From contig JAITFZ010000015.1 in the NCBI GenBank assembly GCA_031280965.1, forward strand, positions 78,323-142,322: DNA of 64,000 nucleotides. Reading direction: 5' to 3'. The position numbers were made by a program, and so were the translations under genes. A model generated the notes under the pieces. The model worked only from the letters and a program-made list of their open reading frames with translations, was not told the DNA's origin and made no database searches. Positions 37,543-47,960 of the stretch are shown in pieces (position 1 is the first letter of the stretch; each line of letters opens with the position of its first letter). This DNA is from Oscillospiraceae bacterium (lineage in GTDB: Bacteria; Bacillota; Clostridia; Oscillospirales; Ruminococcaceae).

Positions 37543-40179
37543 TTATTTTAACATCTCCAGCGAAATTTTAATTTTCTGCATTTTTTCTTCAGCTTTTTGG
37601 AGTTTTTCTCGCGCTTTTTCAACTTGTTCGGGCGGTGCTTTTACGATGAATTTCTCATTGTCAAGTTGCTTCTTTACAAAGTCAATATCAGACTGTGCAA
37701 GCAACATTTCTTTTTCAAGACGCCCGCGTTCTTTTTCGGAATCAACAAGCTCACCCATCGGCATGAAAATCCGCGCACTGTCTGTAACAACAACAGCTTT
37801 CCCGTCACTGCTCTCAACATTTTCAGAAAGAAAAACCCCTGAAGCCGAAGCAAGCCTTTCAAAGAAAACGGCAGAACTTTTAAACAAATCGAAATTGTCG
37901 CCCGACGTTTCAATTTCATATGAAATTTTTCTGCTCGGCGGGACGTTGAGTTCTGCGCGTTTTGCCCGAATTGCAGAGATTGCATTTACGACTTTTCCGA
38001 AATTTTCGCTTTCGTTTTTGAAGTTCAGTTCCTCGTTGGAAACAGGAAAATCCGAGACCATAATTGACTGAGCGCAGCCGGGAATTGCCGACCAGATTTC
38101 TTCTGTTATAAAAGGCAGAAACGGATGAAGCAGTTTCAACATTCCGCGCATAACAAAAACAAGAATATTCTGCGCGGAAAGCGCGGATTCGCCGCCTTCG
38201 GCTATTCTCGGCTTTGTCAGTTCGATGTACCAGTCGCAGTAAATATTCCAAATGAAATCCTGTATATTTCCTGCCGCTACGCCGAGTTCAAATTGCCCGA
38301 GATTATACGTTGCGTCCTTTACAAGCTTATTGTACAAAGTAAGAATCCACTTATCCTCTATTGTCAAAAATCCGGGAATTACCGCTTCGTTAAAATCATC
38401 GGGAAGATTTATAAGAACATAACGAGCCGCGTTCCAAAGCTTATTTGCAAAGTTACGGCTGGCAGATATTTTTTCTTCGCTCCAGCGCATGTTGTTGCCC
38501 GTCGCGTTACCGGAAACCAACATAAACCTAAGCGCATCAGTCCCGTATTTATCAATAATTTCAAGCGGGTCAACGCCGTTATCCAATGACTTGCTCATTT
38601 TCCGTCCCTGCCCGTCGAGAACAAGACCGTTAAACATAACAGTATCAAAAGGTATTTTTCCCGTGTATTCAAGCGATGAAAAAATCATTCTTGCGACCCA
38701 GAGGAAGATAATATCAGCGGCGGTAACAAGCGTTTGCGTAGGGAAAAAGCGGCGGAAATCCTCGGTTTTATTTTCCGAACCCCATCCGAGGGTTGAAAAC
38801 GGCCACAGCGCAGAGCTGAACCAGGTGTCAAAGGTATCTTCGTCCTGCTTCATTTTACTGCCGCACTCTGAACAGCGCAATACTTCATTTTCGTGAACTT
38901 CCATATGTCCGCAATTCTCATTTTGGCAATAATAAGCAGGTATTCTGTGACCCCACCAGAGCTGCCGCGAAATGCACCAGTCGCGCACATTTTCCATCCA
39001 TGAAAGGTAGCTGTTCTCAAAATGCTTCGGTATAAACTTTATTTTTCCGCTTGTTACAACATCTATCGCAGGCTGTGCAAGCTCCTTCATTTTCACGAAC
39101 CACTGCACACTTGCCCACGGCTCTATTACCGTGCCGCAACGCCCGCATTCACTGACATTGTGAACATGTTCCTCAACCTTGACAAGCAAGCCCGATTCTT
39201 CCAAATCCTTTACGATTGCTTTTCGCGCTTCATAACGGGATAAGCCTTTATATTTACCGCCGTTTTGATTAATCGTTGCGGTTTCGTCCATAACATTTAC
39301 AACCGGCAGGTTGTGCCGCGAACCAACCTCAAAGTCGTTCGGGTCATGCGCCGGGGTGATTTTCACCATACCGGCACCGAAATCTTTTTCTACGTATTCA
39401 TCGGCGATTATAGGAATTTCCCGCTCCATAAGCGGCAGAATTATAGTTTTTCCGACTATGTCCCTGTAACGCTCGTCGTCCGGGTTAACCGCAACTGCCG
39501 TATCGCCGAGCATTGTTTCGGGGCGCGTGGTTGCTATTTGTATAAATCCGCTGCCGTCCGCGAAAGGATATTTTATATGCCAAAAATGCCCCGCTCTCTC
39601 CTCATAATCACACTCAATGTCTGAAATCGAGGTTTTACATTCGGGACACCAGTTGACAATACGAAGTCCACGGTAGGCTTTTCCGTCCGCGTATAATTTA
39701 AGGAAAACCTTCTGCACCGCAGCCGAACAACCCTCGTCCATCGTGAAACGCTCGCGCTCCCAGTCACAGCTTGAGCCTAATTTTTTAAGCTGGTTTATAA
39801 TTGCGCCGCCGTACTTTTCCGTCCATTTCCAGGCTTCTTTCAAGAAGCCCTCCCTACCCAAATCTTTCTTTGTAATGCCCTGACTTTTGAGCGATGCAAC
39901 AACACGCGCCTCGGTTGAAATCGAGGCGTGGTCGGTGCCGGGAAGCCACAGCACTTCATAGCCCGACATACGCTTCCAGCGACATAAAATATCCTGATAA
40001 GTGTTGTTGAGCGCGTGACCCATGTGTAAAATTCCTGTAACGTTCGGGGGCGGAATCACAATTGTATATGTTTCTTTTTCGGAAGCGGCGTCGGCTTTGA
40101 AATAACCGCTTTCCTCCCAGTTTTTATAAATCCGTTCCTCGAAATCTTTCGGGGAGTAGGTTTTGGCAAGTTCTTTCAT
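37543..40179 (-). CDS. valS: valyl-tRNA synthetase
   Basis: PPPNVTGILHMGH (HIGH-like), DWCISRQLWWGHRIP, KMSKS and C-terminal coiled coil. Confidence 0.98.
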   Translation of the reverse strand: MKELAKTYSPKDFEERIYKNWEESGYFKADAASEKETYTIVIPPPNVTGILHMGHALNNTYQDILCRWKRMSGYEVLWLPGTDHASISTEARVVASLKSQGITKKDLGREGFLKEAWKWTEKYGGAIINQLKKLGSSCDWERERFTMDEGCSAAVQKVFLKLYADGKAYRGLRIVNWCPECKTSISDIECDYEERAGHFWHIKYPFADGSGFIQIATTRPETMLGDTAVAVNPDDERYRDIVGKTIILPLMEREIPIIADEYVEKDFGAGMVKITPAHDPNDFEVGSRHNLPVVNVMDETATINQNGGKYKGLSRYEARKAIVKDLEESGLLVKVEEHVHNVSECGRCGTVIEPWASVQWFVKMKELAQPAIDVVTSGKIKFIPKHFENSYLSWMENVRDWCISRQLWWGHRIPAYYCQNENCGHMEVHENEVLRCSECGSKMKQDEDTFDTWFSSALWPFSTLGWGSENKTEDFRRFFPTQTLVTAADIIFLWVARMIFSSLEYTGKIPFDTVMFNGLVLDGQGRKMSKSLDNGVDPLEIIDKYGTDALRFMLVSGNATGNNMRWSEEKISASRNFANKLWNAARYVLINLPDDFNEAVIPGFLTIEDKWILTLYNKLVKDATYNLGQFELGVAAGNIQDFIWNIYCDWYIELTKPRIAEGGESALSAQNILVFVMRGMLKLLHPFLPFITEEIWSAIPGCAQSIMVSDFPVSNEELNFKNESENFGKVVNAISAIRAKRAELNVPPSRKISYEIETSGDNFDLFKSSAVFFERLASASGVFLSENVESSDGKAVVVTDSARIFMPMGELVDSEKERGRLEKEMLLAQSDIDFVKKQLDNEKFIVKAPPEQVEKAREKLQKAEEKMQKIKISLEMLK

Positions 40180-40196
40180 TTTTATATGTCCTTTCT

Positions 40197-41972
40197 TTAT
40201 GTTTTTAGCTTATTGTATAATTCCTCATTCGGCGTAACATACAGCGTCTTATTATTTGTAAAAATTACCATTCCCGGTTTTGCGCCGACCGGCTTTTTCA
40301 CGAACTTAACTTCGGTATAATCCACCGGTACACGGTTTGAACTGCGCGCCTTCGAGAACCACGCCGCTAACTGTGCGGCCTCTTCCAATGTTTTATCGGA
40401 TGGCGCGTTATCTCTCACAATGACATGCGAACCTGCGATGTCCTTGGTGTGAAGCCAGATTTCATGCGGTTTTGCTGTTTTGAGTGTAAGAACATCGTTT
40501 TGCCTGTTGTTCATACCGACTAAAATTGTCGCACCGTCACTTGATGTAAATTTCATAGGTTCTGACGGTTTTTCCTGTTTCGCGCCTTTTTTAGGGTTCA
40601 CACCCGCCGACTTCAAGCTTGAAGCAAGATAGCCGGCTTCGATAAGTTCCCGCTTGATTTCAAGCAATTGCGATTCGCCGACCGCCCGTGAAGCGGCTTC
40701 AAGCACACTGTCAAGGTAAATAAGTTCATTTTCTCCGTCTTTAATTAATTCGGTCAGGGTTTTTTCGGCAGTCTGCATTTTTTTATACTCTGTGTAATAT
40801 TTTTGCGCGTTTTTTGCAGGTGTAAGCTTTCGGTCAAGCGGAACTTCAACATTTTCGCCCGTTTCAAAATCCTGCGCTATGAGCAGAGTTTTTCCTTTTT
40901 CCATAGCATGAATATTCGCACTGATTAAATCGCCCCACTTACGGAATTTCTCGCGTCCGGCGCAGGCGGCAAGGTCGTTTCGCCTTGCGTCGATTTTCCG
41001 TAAAACCCGCCCGTAACGGTTGCTGAGCGTCTTTAATATAGAACCCGAGCGTTGCTTCATACGCTCGGCATTGGCGCGTTCAGCGTAGAAGTTGTCAAGG
41101 AGCGCGTTTGCAGAAACATAAGGTCTTACTTCTATCTCCCCGCCGTATTGTTCAATATCAATAAAAGTAAAGCCGAAAGGCTTCTTCTCGCTGCTTATGA
41201 GCATGACAGGATTAGGCGAGTTAATAAGCGAGAAGCGGGCTTTTTCGAGGAATTTTAATAAACGCTCTGTTGATTCAACGGTTAAATCAACTGTAAGTAT
41301 ATCAATTTGCCCCGAAGAAACGAAAGCCGCTTCCCGCGCAAAAAGCGGACAGATTCCCTCAAATATTTTTATTAAAGCCTTGTTAAGCCGCTCTTGTTCA
41401 CGTTCTTTCAGAGCGTTCATAAGTTCTGATTTTGTGAAATTAATAAGCGATAAACGGGTTTCTCTTGGAGGCGGTTCATAAACCAGTCCGGGCAGTACCC
41501 GCCGCACCGATGAAACCTCGTCCGTTATGCGCTTTAGCGCGTCAATTATGCGAAGCGTGTTGTCTTTTTCAATCAGCAGAATTATATTATTGCTTCTGCC
41601 CATAATTTCAACCAAGAGTATAATACTCTCCTCATCGCCGATTTCATTACGGCAGTTAAATCTGAAGAGGATGATTCGCTCAAATCCATCCTGTGAGATT
41701 TCGGTTAGCCTGCCATTGCCTAACCGCTTTCGCAGTAATCGGCAGAACATAGGCGGATTTTGGGGATTTTCGGCATGCTTTGATGTAAGGCAGACCCGTG
41801 CGGAAGCGGGATTGGCAGACAATAAAAGCTTCTTCGAGCCGTTTTTAGTGTGAAGCGACAGGAAAATTTCCTCGCGTGAGGGCTGATGAATCTTCTCTAC
41901 GCGGGAGTTTATTAAGCCTTCGTTGAGCATTTCTGTTTTTACAATGTGTAAAAACGCGCCGGAAAGTGACAT
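40197..41972 (-). CDS. rqcH: ribosome quality control factor RqcH (NFACT / FbpA-like)
   Basis: RVEKIHQP, PPMFCRLLRK.L, VEIMGRSNNIIL, NAQKYY..YKK, WLHTKDIAGSHV and VPVDYT.VK.VKKP.GAKPG.VIF. Confidence 0.94.
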   Translation of the reverse strand: MSLSGAFLHIVKTEMLNEGLINSRVEKIHQPSREEIFLSLHTKNGSKKLLLSANPASARVCLTSKHAENPQNPPMFCRLLRKRLGNGRLTEISQDGFERIILFRFNCRNEIGDEESIILLVEIMGRSNNIILLIEKDNTLRIIDALKRITDEVSSVRRVLPGLVYEPPPRETRLSLINFTKSELMNALKEREQERLNKALIKIFEGICPLFAREAAFVSSGQIDILTVDLTVESTERLLKFLEKARFSLINSPNPVMLISSEKKPFGFTFIDIEQYGGEIEVRPYVSANALLDNFYAERANAERMKQRSGSILKTLSNRYGRVLRKIDARRNDLAACAGREKFRKWGDLISANIHAMEKGKTLLIAQDFETGENVEVPLDRKLTPAKNAQKYYTEYKKMQTAEKTLTELIKDGENELIYLDSVLEAASRAVGESQLLEIKRELIEAGYLASSLKSAGVNPKKGAKQEKPSEPMKFTSSDGATILVGMNNRQNDVLTLKTAKPHEIWLHTKDIAGSHVIVRDNAPSDKTLEEAAQLAAWFSKARSSNRVPVDYTEVKFVKKPVGAKPGMVIFTNNKTLYVTPNEELYNKLKT

Positions 41973-42050
41973 AAAGTATAAAAATCTCCTAAGTTTTTTT
42001 ACTTGTTTGGCAAAGCCTTTAAAAGCATATCAAAGCTCTGCCAATTATAA

Positions 42051-42815
42051 TTAAATATATTTGCAGAAATCTGCACTGTTTTCAGCGATGAATACAGGCA
42101 TCCGCGGGAATCGTTCATATAATCGCTTTTTAAGAAAATCACAGAAAAGAATTTCAGTGTGATAGTGTCCCGCTTCTATCAAAGTTAATCCGAAATTTTT
42201 CGCTTTAACTATATCGCTGTGCTTAACCTCGCCCGTAATCAAGGCATCCACATCTTTCTCAAGCGCAAAATCAATAATACTGCCACCCGAACCCGAGCAG
42301 ACCCCAATGCGTTTTGCGGCTTTCCCGCTGTCATAATAACGCACGACAAAGCTTTTAAAAACCTGTTTACATTTTTCGGCGAGTTTGTCAGCCGTGATAG
42401 GTTCGCTCAAGTCTGAAAATCTGCCGAAGCCCGCTCCGTCAGGGTTCACAACTTCAATAACAGAGCCGTTTTTAGGGAAATCAAGCAACTCAATCATCAA
42501 ATCAGCCATCACTGCGACATCAAAGTTAGTGTGGGCGCAAACCGCGTTTATGTTGTTTTTAATAAGTTCGTGAACCGGCGTTTTCGCTTTTATATCCGAA
42601 AGCGCCTTGAAAATTACGGGATGGTGCGAAATAATTAAATTCGCGCCTTTTTCGGAAGCTTCGTCAATAACGTCAAGCGTTATGTCTAAGCAAACGCAGA
42701 TTTTGGTGATTTCCGCGTTTTTATCGCCAATCAGAAAGCCGGAATTATCGTAACTCTCCTGATATTTGAAGGGGGCGATTTGCTCTAAAAATAAATAAAT
42801 GTCGTTTACTGTCAT
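42051..42815 (-). CDS. Nif3-like dinuclear metal center protein
   Basis: ESYDNSG, IISHHPVIF, HTNFD, GSGGS, TGEVKH and AGHYHTE. Confidence 0.94.
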   Translation of the reverse strand: MTVNDIYLFLEQIAPFKYQESYDNSGFLIGDKNAEITKICVCLDITLDVIDEASEKGANLIISHHPVIFKALSDIKAKTPVHELIKNNINAVCAHTNFDVAVMADLMIELLDFPKNGSVIEVVNPDGAGFGRFSDLSEPITADKLAEKCKQVFKSFVVRYYDSGKAAKRIGVCSGSGGSIIDFALEKDVDALITGEVKHSDIVKAKNFGLTLIEAGHYHTEILFCDFLKKRLYERFPRMPVFIAENSADFCKYI

Positions 42816-43429
42816 AACAGTTCCTTTATCTCGGCGGCGAGCGCACTGTAACGCGAATCGCCCTTTGCGAGTTTTATTATTTTTGATAGTTGCTTTTCTA
42901 TATAAAGCGGATTTTTCTGCTTACCGACAAAAGCGAAAACGTCGTCTGTTTCACGCTTTTCTCCGGTGTAACAGGCATGAATTATTGTGTAGATTTTTTT
43001 TGAACATTGTGTTAAAACCTCCGTGATAATTTCAAAGCCTAAGCGGTAAAGCTCGCGCCTCAGTGCTTCGTGGCGCGTCATTGGCTGAAGAATGAAGCGG
43101 GTGTCTGCACCCTTGTGCCTGCAACCCGAGAGTATTTCAACTATCATCTCGCCGCCCATTCCGGCGATGATTACATCGTCACAAGGCGGTAAATTCTCGA
43201 AGCCGTCCGACAGAATCAATTTAACATCGGAAATTCCGTGTTTTTCGAGTGTCCTGCGAGCGGAATCTAAAGGCCGCTCATTAATATCGGAAGCGATTAA
43301 ATCCGTCCAGCCGTTTTGCCACAGAAAAGCCGGCAGAAGCGCATGGTCGGAGCCTATGTCGGCGACACTGCTTCCTTGCCGCACAAGCGCCGCACACGTC
43401 GCAAGCCGTGCGTCAAGCCTGACTTTCAT
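42812..43429 (-). CDS. trmK: tRNA (adenine22-N1)-methyltransferase
   Basis: LDARL, VADIGSDHALLP, ASDINERPL, SDG, IIAGMGG and ILQPM. Confidence 0.92.
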   Translation of the reverse strand: MKVRLDARLATCAALVRQGSSVADIGSDHALLPAFLWQNGWTDLIASDINERPLDSARRTLEKHGISDVKLILSDGFENLPPCDDVIIAGMGGEMIVEILSGCRHKGADTRFILQPMTRHEALRRELYRLGFEIITEVLTQCSKKIYTIIHACYTGEKRETDDVFAFVGKQKNPLYIEKQLSKIIKLAKGDSRYSALAAEIKELL

Positions 43430-43477
43430 TTAATTAAAACCTCTGTAGTTATCATATTTCAATTCCGCATGACCCCA

Positions 43478-43506
43478 ATTATAGCATAATTTCCAAAGAA
43501 CGTCAA
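43478..43506 (-). promoter_or_regulatory. sigmaA promoter of trmK-nif3
   Basis: TTGACG-17-TATAAT with TGn extended -10 on the - strand. Confidence 0.75.
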
Positions 43507-43574
43507 CTCCCGAACTTTGTAAATATTTGCGAAAAAATCTTGAAAATGCGGGAGTTGCCTGCGCTATAATTTTG

Positions 43575-45257
43575 TCAATTCAGTATGAATGTCAAGCGTT
43601 CCTGTAAAACCCCGCACCGCGCCGCAACTTCTTCTTTGTTTTTCCCCGCCGCTCCGAGATAAAACTTAATTTTCGGTTCAGTTCCCGACGGCCGCACGGC
43701 AAGCCAGCTTTCGTCCGCGAATAAAATTTTCACGACATCGGCTTTAGGCAATCCGTATAAGCCTGTCAGATAATCCTCGGCGGCAATAACTTCCTCGCCC
43801 GGCATTAACGCCTTTGCGTCCGAGCGGAACATCTTCATAATAGAATTTATTTTTTTCATGCCGTCCGCGCCTTCAAGCGTCACGGAAATGAGTTTTTCAT
43901 CTGTGTAACCGTATTTTAAATATAATGCGTCAAGCGCGTCGTGTAAAGTGTGCTTGTTAACTTTATGGTATAGCGCCATCTCGCAAATCAGCGCCGCCGC
44001 AATTACTGCGTCTTTATCCCGCACGAAACCGTCCGCGAGATAACCGTAGCTTTCCTCGAAGCCGAATAAAAACGAATACTCGTTGTCCTGTTCCCACCCG
44101 CCTATTTTCTCGCCGATATACTTAAATCCGGTCAGCGTTTCAACAAGCGCGATGTTATTTTTCATGCAAATTTTTCGGGCAAGTTCGGTAGTTACAATAG
44201 TTTTAATTACAGCCGCATTTTTTTCAAGAGTTCCGGTTTCCTTTTTTGCCGTGATTAAATAATCGCAGAGCAGTGCGCCTATTTGATTTCCCGACAATGG
44301 TGCATATTCGCCGGAGCGTGTACGCGCCTGAACGCCTATTCTGTCACAGTCGGGGTCTGTGGCGAGGATAATATCAAAGTCTTTACCCTGCGCTTTTTGA
44401 AGTGCAAGCGTGAATGTTTCCGCTTCCTCGGGGTTCGGGTAAGGCACAGTCGGGAAATTGCCGTCAGGCAGTTCCTGCTCTGCGACAACGGATAAATTTG
44501 CAAAGCCCGATTCACCAAGCACACGGCGAACGGGAATATTTCCGGAACCGTGCAAAGGCGTGAAAAGTATGCTTAGTTTCGGCGCATGGTCAGCGACCAG
44601 AACACCGCGAACAATCAAAGATTTAACTTTTTCGTAATAAAGGGAGTCTGCCTCGTCCAAATCGCAAAGAAGCCCGCTTTCGCGAGCGTCTTCAAGTGAT
44701 ATTCGCGGTATTTCGGATAAAACATCGTAGCTGTTCATACGTGCCGAAACCGCGCTTGCCGCCTCATCGGTAATCTGCCCGCCGTCTGCGCCGTAGACTT
44801 TATAGCCGTTATATTCACGCGGATTATGTGAAGCGGTAATTACAATACCTGTGAAAGCCTGTTTTTCGCGCACGGCAAACGAAAGCATCGGCGTAGGTCT
44901 GACATCGGTAAACATAAAAACTTTAACGCCGTTTGCGCATAAAACTTCGGCGGCGGCGGCGGCGAAGTCCCGCGACATATTGCGGGTATCATAAGCAATA
45001 CAAGCGGACATTCCGCCGTTATCTTTAATGTAATCGGCAAGCCCCTGCGTCGCTCTGCGGACAACAAGCCCGTTCATACGGTTGATTCCCGCACCGATAA
45101 TGCCGCGCAAACCGCCCGTTCCGAACGAGAGGTGTTTGCGGAAGCGGTCGGTTATTTCAGGTTCGCTGTCTGCAATTTTATGCAATTCATCGCAAAAAAC
45201 ACCGCTTGAAATCCAGCGGCTGTATTCCGCTTTTATACTTTCATAATTCGCCGTCAT
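43575..45257 (-). CDS. phosphoglucomutase/phosphomannomutase
   Basis: FGTGGLRG, ITASHNP (phospho-Ser), DPDCDR, FGFEESYG and RPSGTEPKIK; likely start MTANYES at 45257. Confidence 0.94.
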   Translation of the reverse strand: MTANYESIKAEYSRWISSGVFCDELHKIADSEPEITDRFRKHLSFGTGGLRGIIGAGINRMNGLVVRRATQGLADYIKDNGGMSACIAYDTRNMSRDFAAAAAEVLCANGVKVFMFTDVRPTPMLSFAVREKQAFTGIVITASHNPREYNGYKVYGADGGQITDEAASAVSARMNSYDVLSEIPRISLEDARESGLLCDLDEADSLYYEKVKSLIVRGVLVADHAPKLSILFTPLHGSGNIPVRRVLGESGFANLSVVAEQELPDGNFPTVPYPNPEEAETFTLALQKAQGKDFDIILATDPDCDRIGVQARTRSGEYAPLSGNQIGALLCDYLITAKKETGTLEKNAAVIKTIVTTELARKICMKNNIALVETLTGFKYIGEKIGGWEQDNEYSFLFGFEESYGYLADGFVRDKDAVIAAALICEMALYHKVNKHTLHDALDALYLKYGYTDEKLISVTLEGADGMKKINSIMKMFRSDAKALMPGEEVIAAEDYLTGLYGLPKADVVKILFADESWLAVRPSGTEPKIKFYLGAAGKNKEEVAARCGVLQERLTFILN

Positions 45258-45600
45258 AATCAAACCGTACAATATCGCTTTCATCAAATTTATCGCCAAG
45301 CTGAACCTCGGTGAAATGCAAATCCGTTATACCGGCAATTTTATGCTTTTGACCTCGGTTTATTTTCAGCACGTCGCCGACTGTGACTGTCCGGGTTTTG
45401 TCGTCAAGCGTAAAACTTCCCTCACCTGATGTAATAACCCAAATTTCGTCACGGTATTCATGCGTTTGCAGGCTGATGGATTTTCCCGCCGCAATGAATA
45501 TATGCTTGACAAGGGAATGTTCGTAATGTGCGAGTACTGTATACTCACCCCAGCGGCGTTTTTCGTACATGGGGCGATTTTCATTAAATTTATTCTGCAT
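45241..45600 (-). CDS. stand-alone cupin, type II mannose-6-phosphate isomerase C-terminal domain
   Basis: RPMYEKRRWGEY.VL, SISLQTH..RDEIW...GEG, H.I and EVQLG...DESDIVR. Confidence 0.8.
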   Translation of the reverse strand: MQNKFNENRPMYEKRRWGEYTVLAHYEHSLVKHIFIAAGKSISLQTHEYRDEIWVITSGEGSFTLDDKTRTVTVGDVLKINRGQKHKIAGITDLHFTEVQLGDKFDESDIVRFDYDGEL

Positions 45601-46733
45601 TAAATCATTCCTTTCTTTATAATTTCAAAACACATTCTGCCGTTATGGTACGGGCATTTCCACAGGTCGGCGATTGCTTTCTCTTTTATGGGAGTGTTGT
45701 CTTTGCGCAGTTCATTAAACCATTCGGAACCGGGTCTTGAATCAATCATGTGCTTTTTTATATAATTTAATGTTTTTCCGGCTGTTTCCGGGTAGCCGGC
45801 GTTAAGAAAACCGAGGACGGCTTCGGCTTGAACCCACCAAACTTTTTTAGTGTCTACATTTCGCTCAACGTCTTCATTGAAAACAGAGCCGTCTTTATCC
45901 AATGCGATTTCATGAATACGGTCTGCGATGATTCTCGTGAAAGGAACCCGGGGAACATCAAGCACATCTGTTCCGCGGTCAATCAGCCACGAGGCTTCAA
46001 TATCATGACCATAAGAAGTAAGGTCGATTAAAGGCTTATAATCAAGGTCGAAGAACACATCAAGCCTTTTCTTTTCGGGGTTGTAAATTTTCTCTGCGAA
46101 AAGGTCAAGCATACGCTCTAAAGCTCCCTTGAAGAAACGACACTTGTCTGCACGATAAAGCTCTGTGTAAGCTTCAAAAACATGCAAAAGAGTGTTCATG
46201 GTGCGATGTGCGATTACGCCGTTTTCGGAAAGCTGCTCGTTTTCGATTGGCATGAAATCACGGGAGAAGGCTTCTAAGTAACCGCTTTCATCACTGCATT
46301 TTTCTTCTATATCGTGTGCAAGTGCATTCGCTAATTTAAGCACATTCTTGTCCTTGCTCGCGTCATAATAGGAAGCGAGGGCATAAACAGCGAACGCAAA
46401 ATTGTATGTATATTTTCTGTCGTCTTTAACGTTACCTTTATAATCGACCGACCAGAAAATGCCGCCATACTTTTTATCATAAAAAGCTTCTTTTAAAAAT
46501 TCGCAGGCATGTTTTGCGTATTCAAGGCAACTTTCATCGCCGAGAGTCAGGTATGCGTTTGAGAAAAACCACAGTATTCTGCTGTTGAGAATACCGCCTT
46601 TGTCTGCCTGTTTGTTTATATTCAGCGCATAATCCACCTCCCCGTAAAACCCGCCTGATTCCTCGTCTCTGAGGTTCTTCCAAAAAGGTATAATGCAATC
46701 TGTAAGGTGCGCTTTTATTTCTTTAATATTCAT
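45600..46733 (-). CDS. AGE-family cellobiose/mannobiose 2-epimerase
   Basis: IIPFW..LRD...[44 protein letters not shown] and WKCPYHNGR. Confidence 0.92.
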   Translation of the reverse strand: MNIKEIKAHLTDCIIPFWKNLRDEESGGFYGEVDYALNINKQADKGGILNSRILWFFSNAYLTLGDESCLEYAKHACEFLKEAFYDKKYGGIFWSVDYKGNVKDDRKYTYNFAFAVYALASYYDASKDKNVLKLANALAHDIEEKCSDESGYLEAFSRDFMPIENEQLSENGVIAHRTMNTLLHVFEAYTELYRADKCRFFKGALERMLDLFAEKIYNPEKKRLDVFFDLDYKPLIDLTSYGHDIEASWLIDRGTDVLDVPRVPFTRIIADRIHEIALDKDGSVFNEDVERNVDTKKVWWVQAEAVLGFLNAGYPETAGKTLNYIKKHMIDSRPGSEWFNELRKDNTPIKEKAIADLWKCPYHNGRMCFEIIKKGMI

Positions 46734-47719
46734 ACTTGCGAATTATTGTCAAGATAGTCTATAACATCGTCTGCGGTCGTGAAGCAAATACCCGTGTGAG
46801 TATCGGCGCAACCGTAATAAATGGCGATTCTGCCCGTGTCTGCGTCAACTAAGTTAGCGCAGGGGAATACAACGTTCGGCACATCGCCGGCGATTTCATA
46901 AAGTTCCTGCGGGCTCAGAAGATACTCGTTACCCCGCTTCAGCACCTTCCACGGCTCGTCAATATCAAGCAGAGCCGCCGAGAAACTGTAAACAAAGCCG
47001 TTGCAGGACGTAAGAACCCCGTGATAGAACATGAGCCAGCCCCTGTCTGTTTCTATCGGAATAGGCCCCGCGCCTATTTTAGTGGATTCCCAGCCCCTTG
47101 AGGGGCCCATGACGTGCCTGTGCTTGCCCCAGTATGTCATATCCGGCGACTGCGAAATGTAAATATCGCCGAACGGCGTATGTCCGCTGTCGGAAGGGCG
47201 GGACATCATCATAAAGTTCCCTCCTATTTTACGCGGGAACATAACACCGTTACGGTTAAAGGGCAGGTATGCATTTTCAATCTGAGTGAATTCCTTGAAA
47301 TCATAAGTATAAGCAACGCCGATAGTCGGCTTGTATTTATAGGAGTTGCACCAGGTTACGTAATACCTGTCTTCAATAAAGCAGACCCTCGGGTCATAGC
47401 CGTATTGAAACGCCGCCATTTCGGGAATATCGGTTTTGAATTTAATCCGTTCGGGGTTTATGTCCCAGTTAAGCGCGTCTTTTGAAAACCCCGCGTGAAT
47501 ATTCATGTTGCGTGACTTGTCGTCCGCTCTGAACACTCCCGCGTAGCCGTCTTCAAAAGGCACTACTGCGCTGTTGAAAATCGAATTGGAGCAGGGTATA
47601 TGGTTTCTCCTGATTACGGGGTTTTTGCTGTACCTCCATATTACCTCGTTGCTGTCTTTTGGTTTTTCTTCCCACGGCATATTGGGGAGGGCTTTTTCGC
47701 CTATTATTTTTACTTTCAT
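46730..47719 (-). CDS. GH130 beta-1,4-mannooligosaccharide phosphorylase
   Basis: [46 protein letters not shown] and GDVPNVVFP. Confidence 0.92.
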   Translation of the reverse strand: MKVKIIGEKALPNMPWEEKPKDSNEVIWRYSKNPVIRRNHIPCSNSIFNSAVVPFEDGYAGVFRADDKSRNMNIHAGFSKDALNWDINPERIKFKTDIPEMAAFQYGYDPRVCFIEDRYYVTWCNSYKYKPTIGVAYTYDFKEFTQIENAYLPFNRNGVMFPRKIGGNFMMMSRPSDSGHTPFGDIYISQSPDMTYWGKHRHVMGPSRGWESTKIGAGPIPIETDRGWLMFYHGVLTSCNGFVYSFSAALLDIDEPWKVLKRGNEYLLSPQELYEIAGDVPNVVFPCANLVDADTGRIAIYYGCADTHTGICFTTADDVIDYLDNNSQV

Positions 47720-47792
47720 AATAAACAGAACCTTTCATTATATTTTCTACTTACTATTCTTTCATTGCTTCCATAAAAAGTCAATAAGAAAA

Positions 47793-47860
47793 TGCACATT
47801 CGTATAAAATTTGTATACTTTATACAGATTTTGCACATGCATATATGCACAATGCATAAA
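47793..47860. promoter_or_regulatory. candidate operator array in the divergent mannan promoter region
   Basis: TGCACA x3, TGCATA x2 and the perfect palindrome TGTATA-ctt-TATACA (47812-47826). Confidence 0.45.
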
Positions 47861-47894
47861 CTTCTTGCGATTTTTATTTTTTACCTTAGTACAA

Positions 47895-47924
47895 TTGACA
47901 CGAGGGGGGTAGTTATGATATAAT
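47895..47924 (+). promoter_or_regulatory. sigmaA promoter of GH26
   Basis: TTGACA-18-TATAAT with TGn extended -10. Confidence 0.7.
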
Positions 47925-47960
47925 TTTACCATAAATGTCATATTTAAGGTTGAGGTGTAA

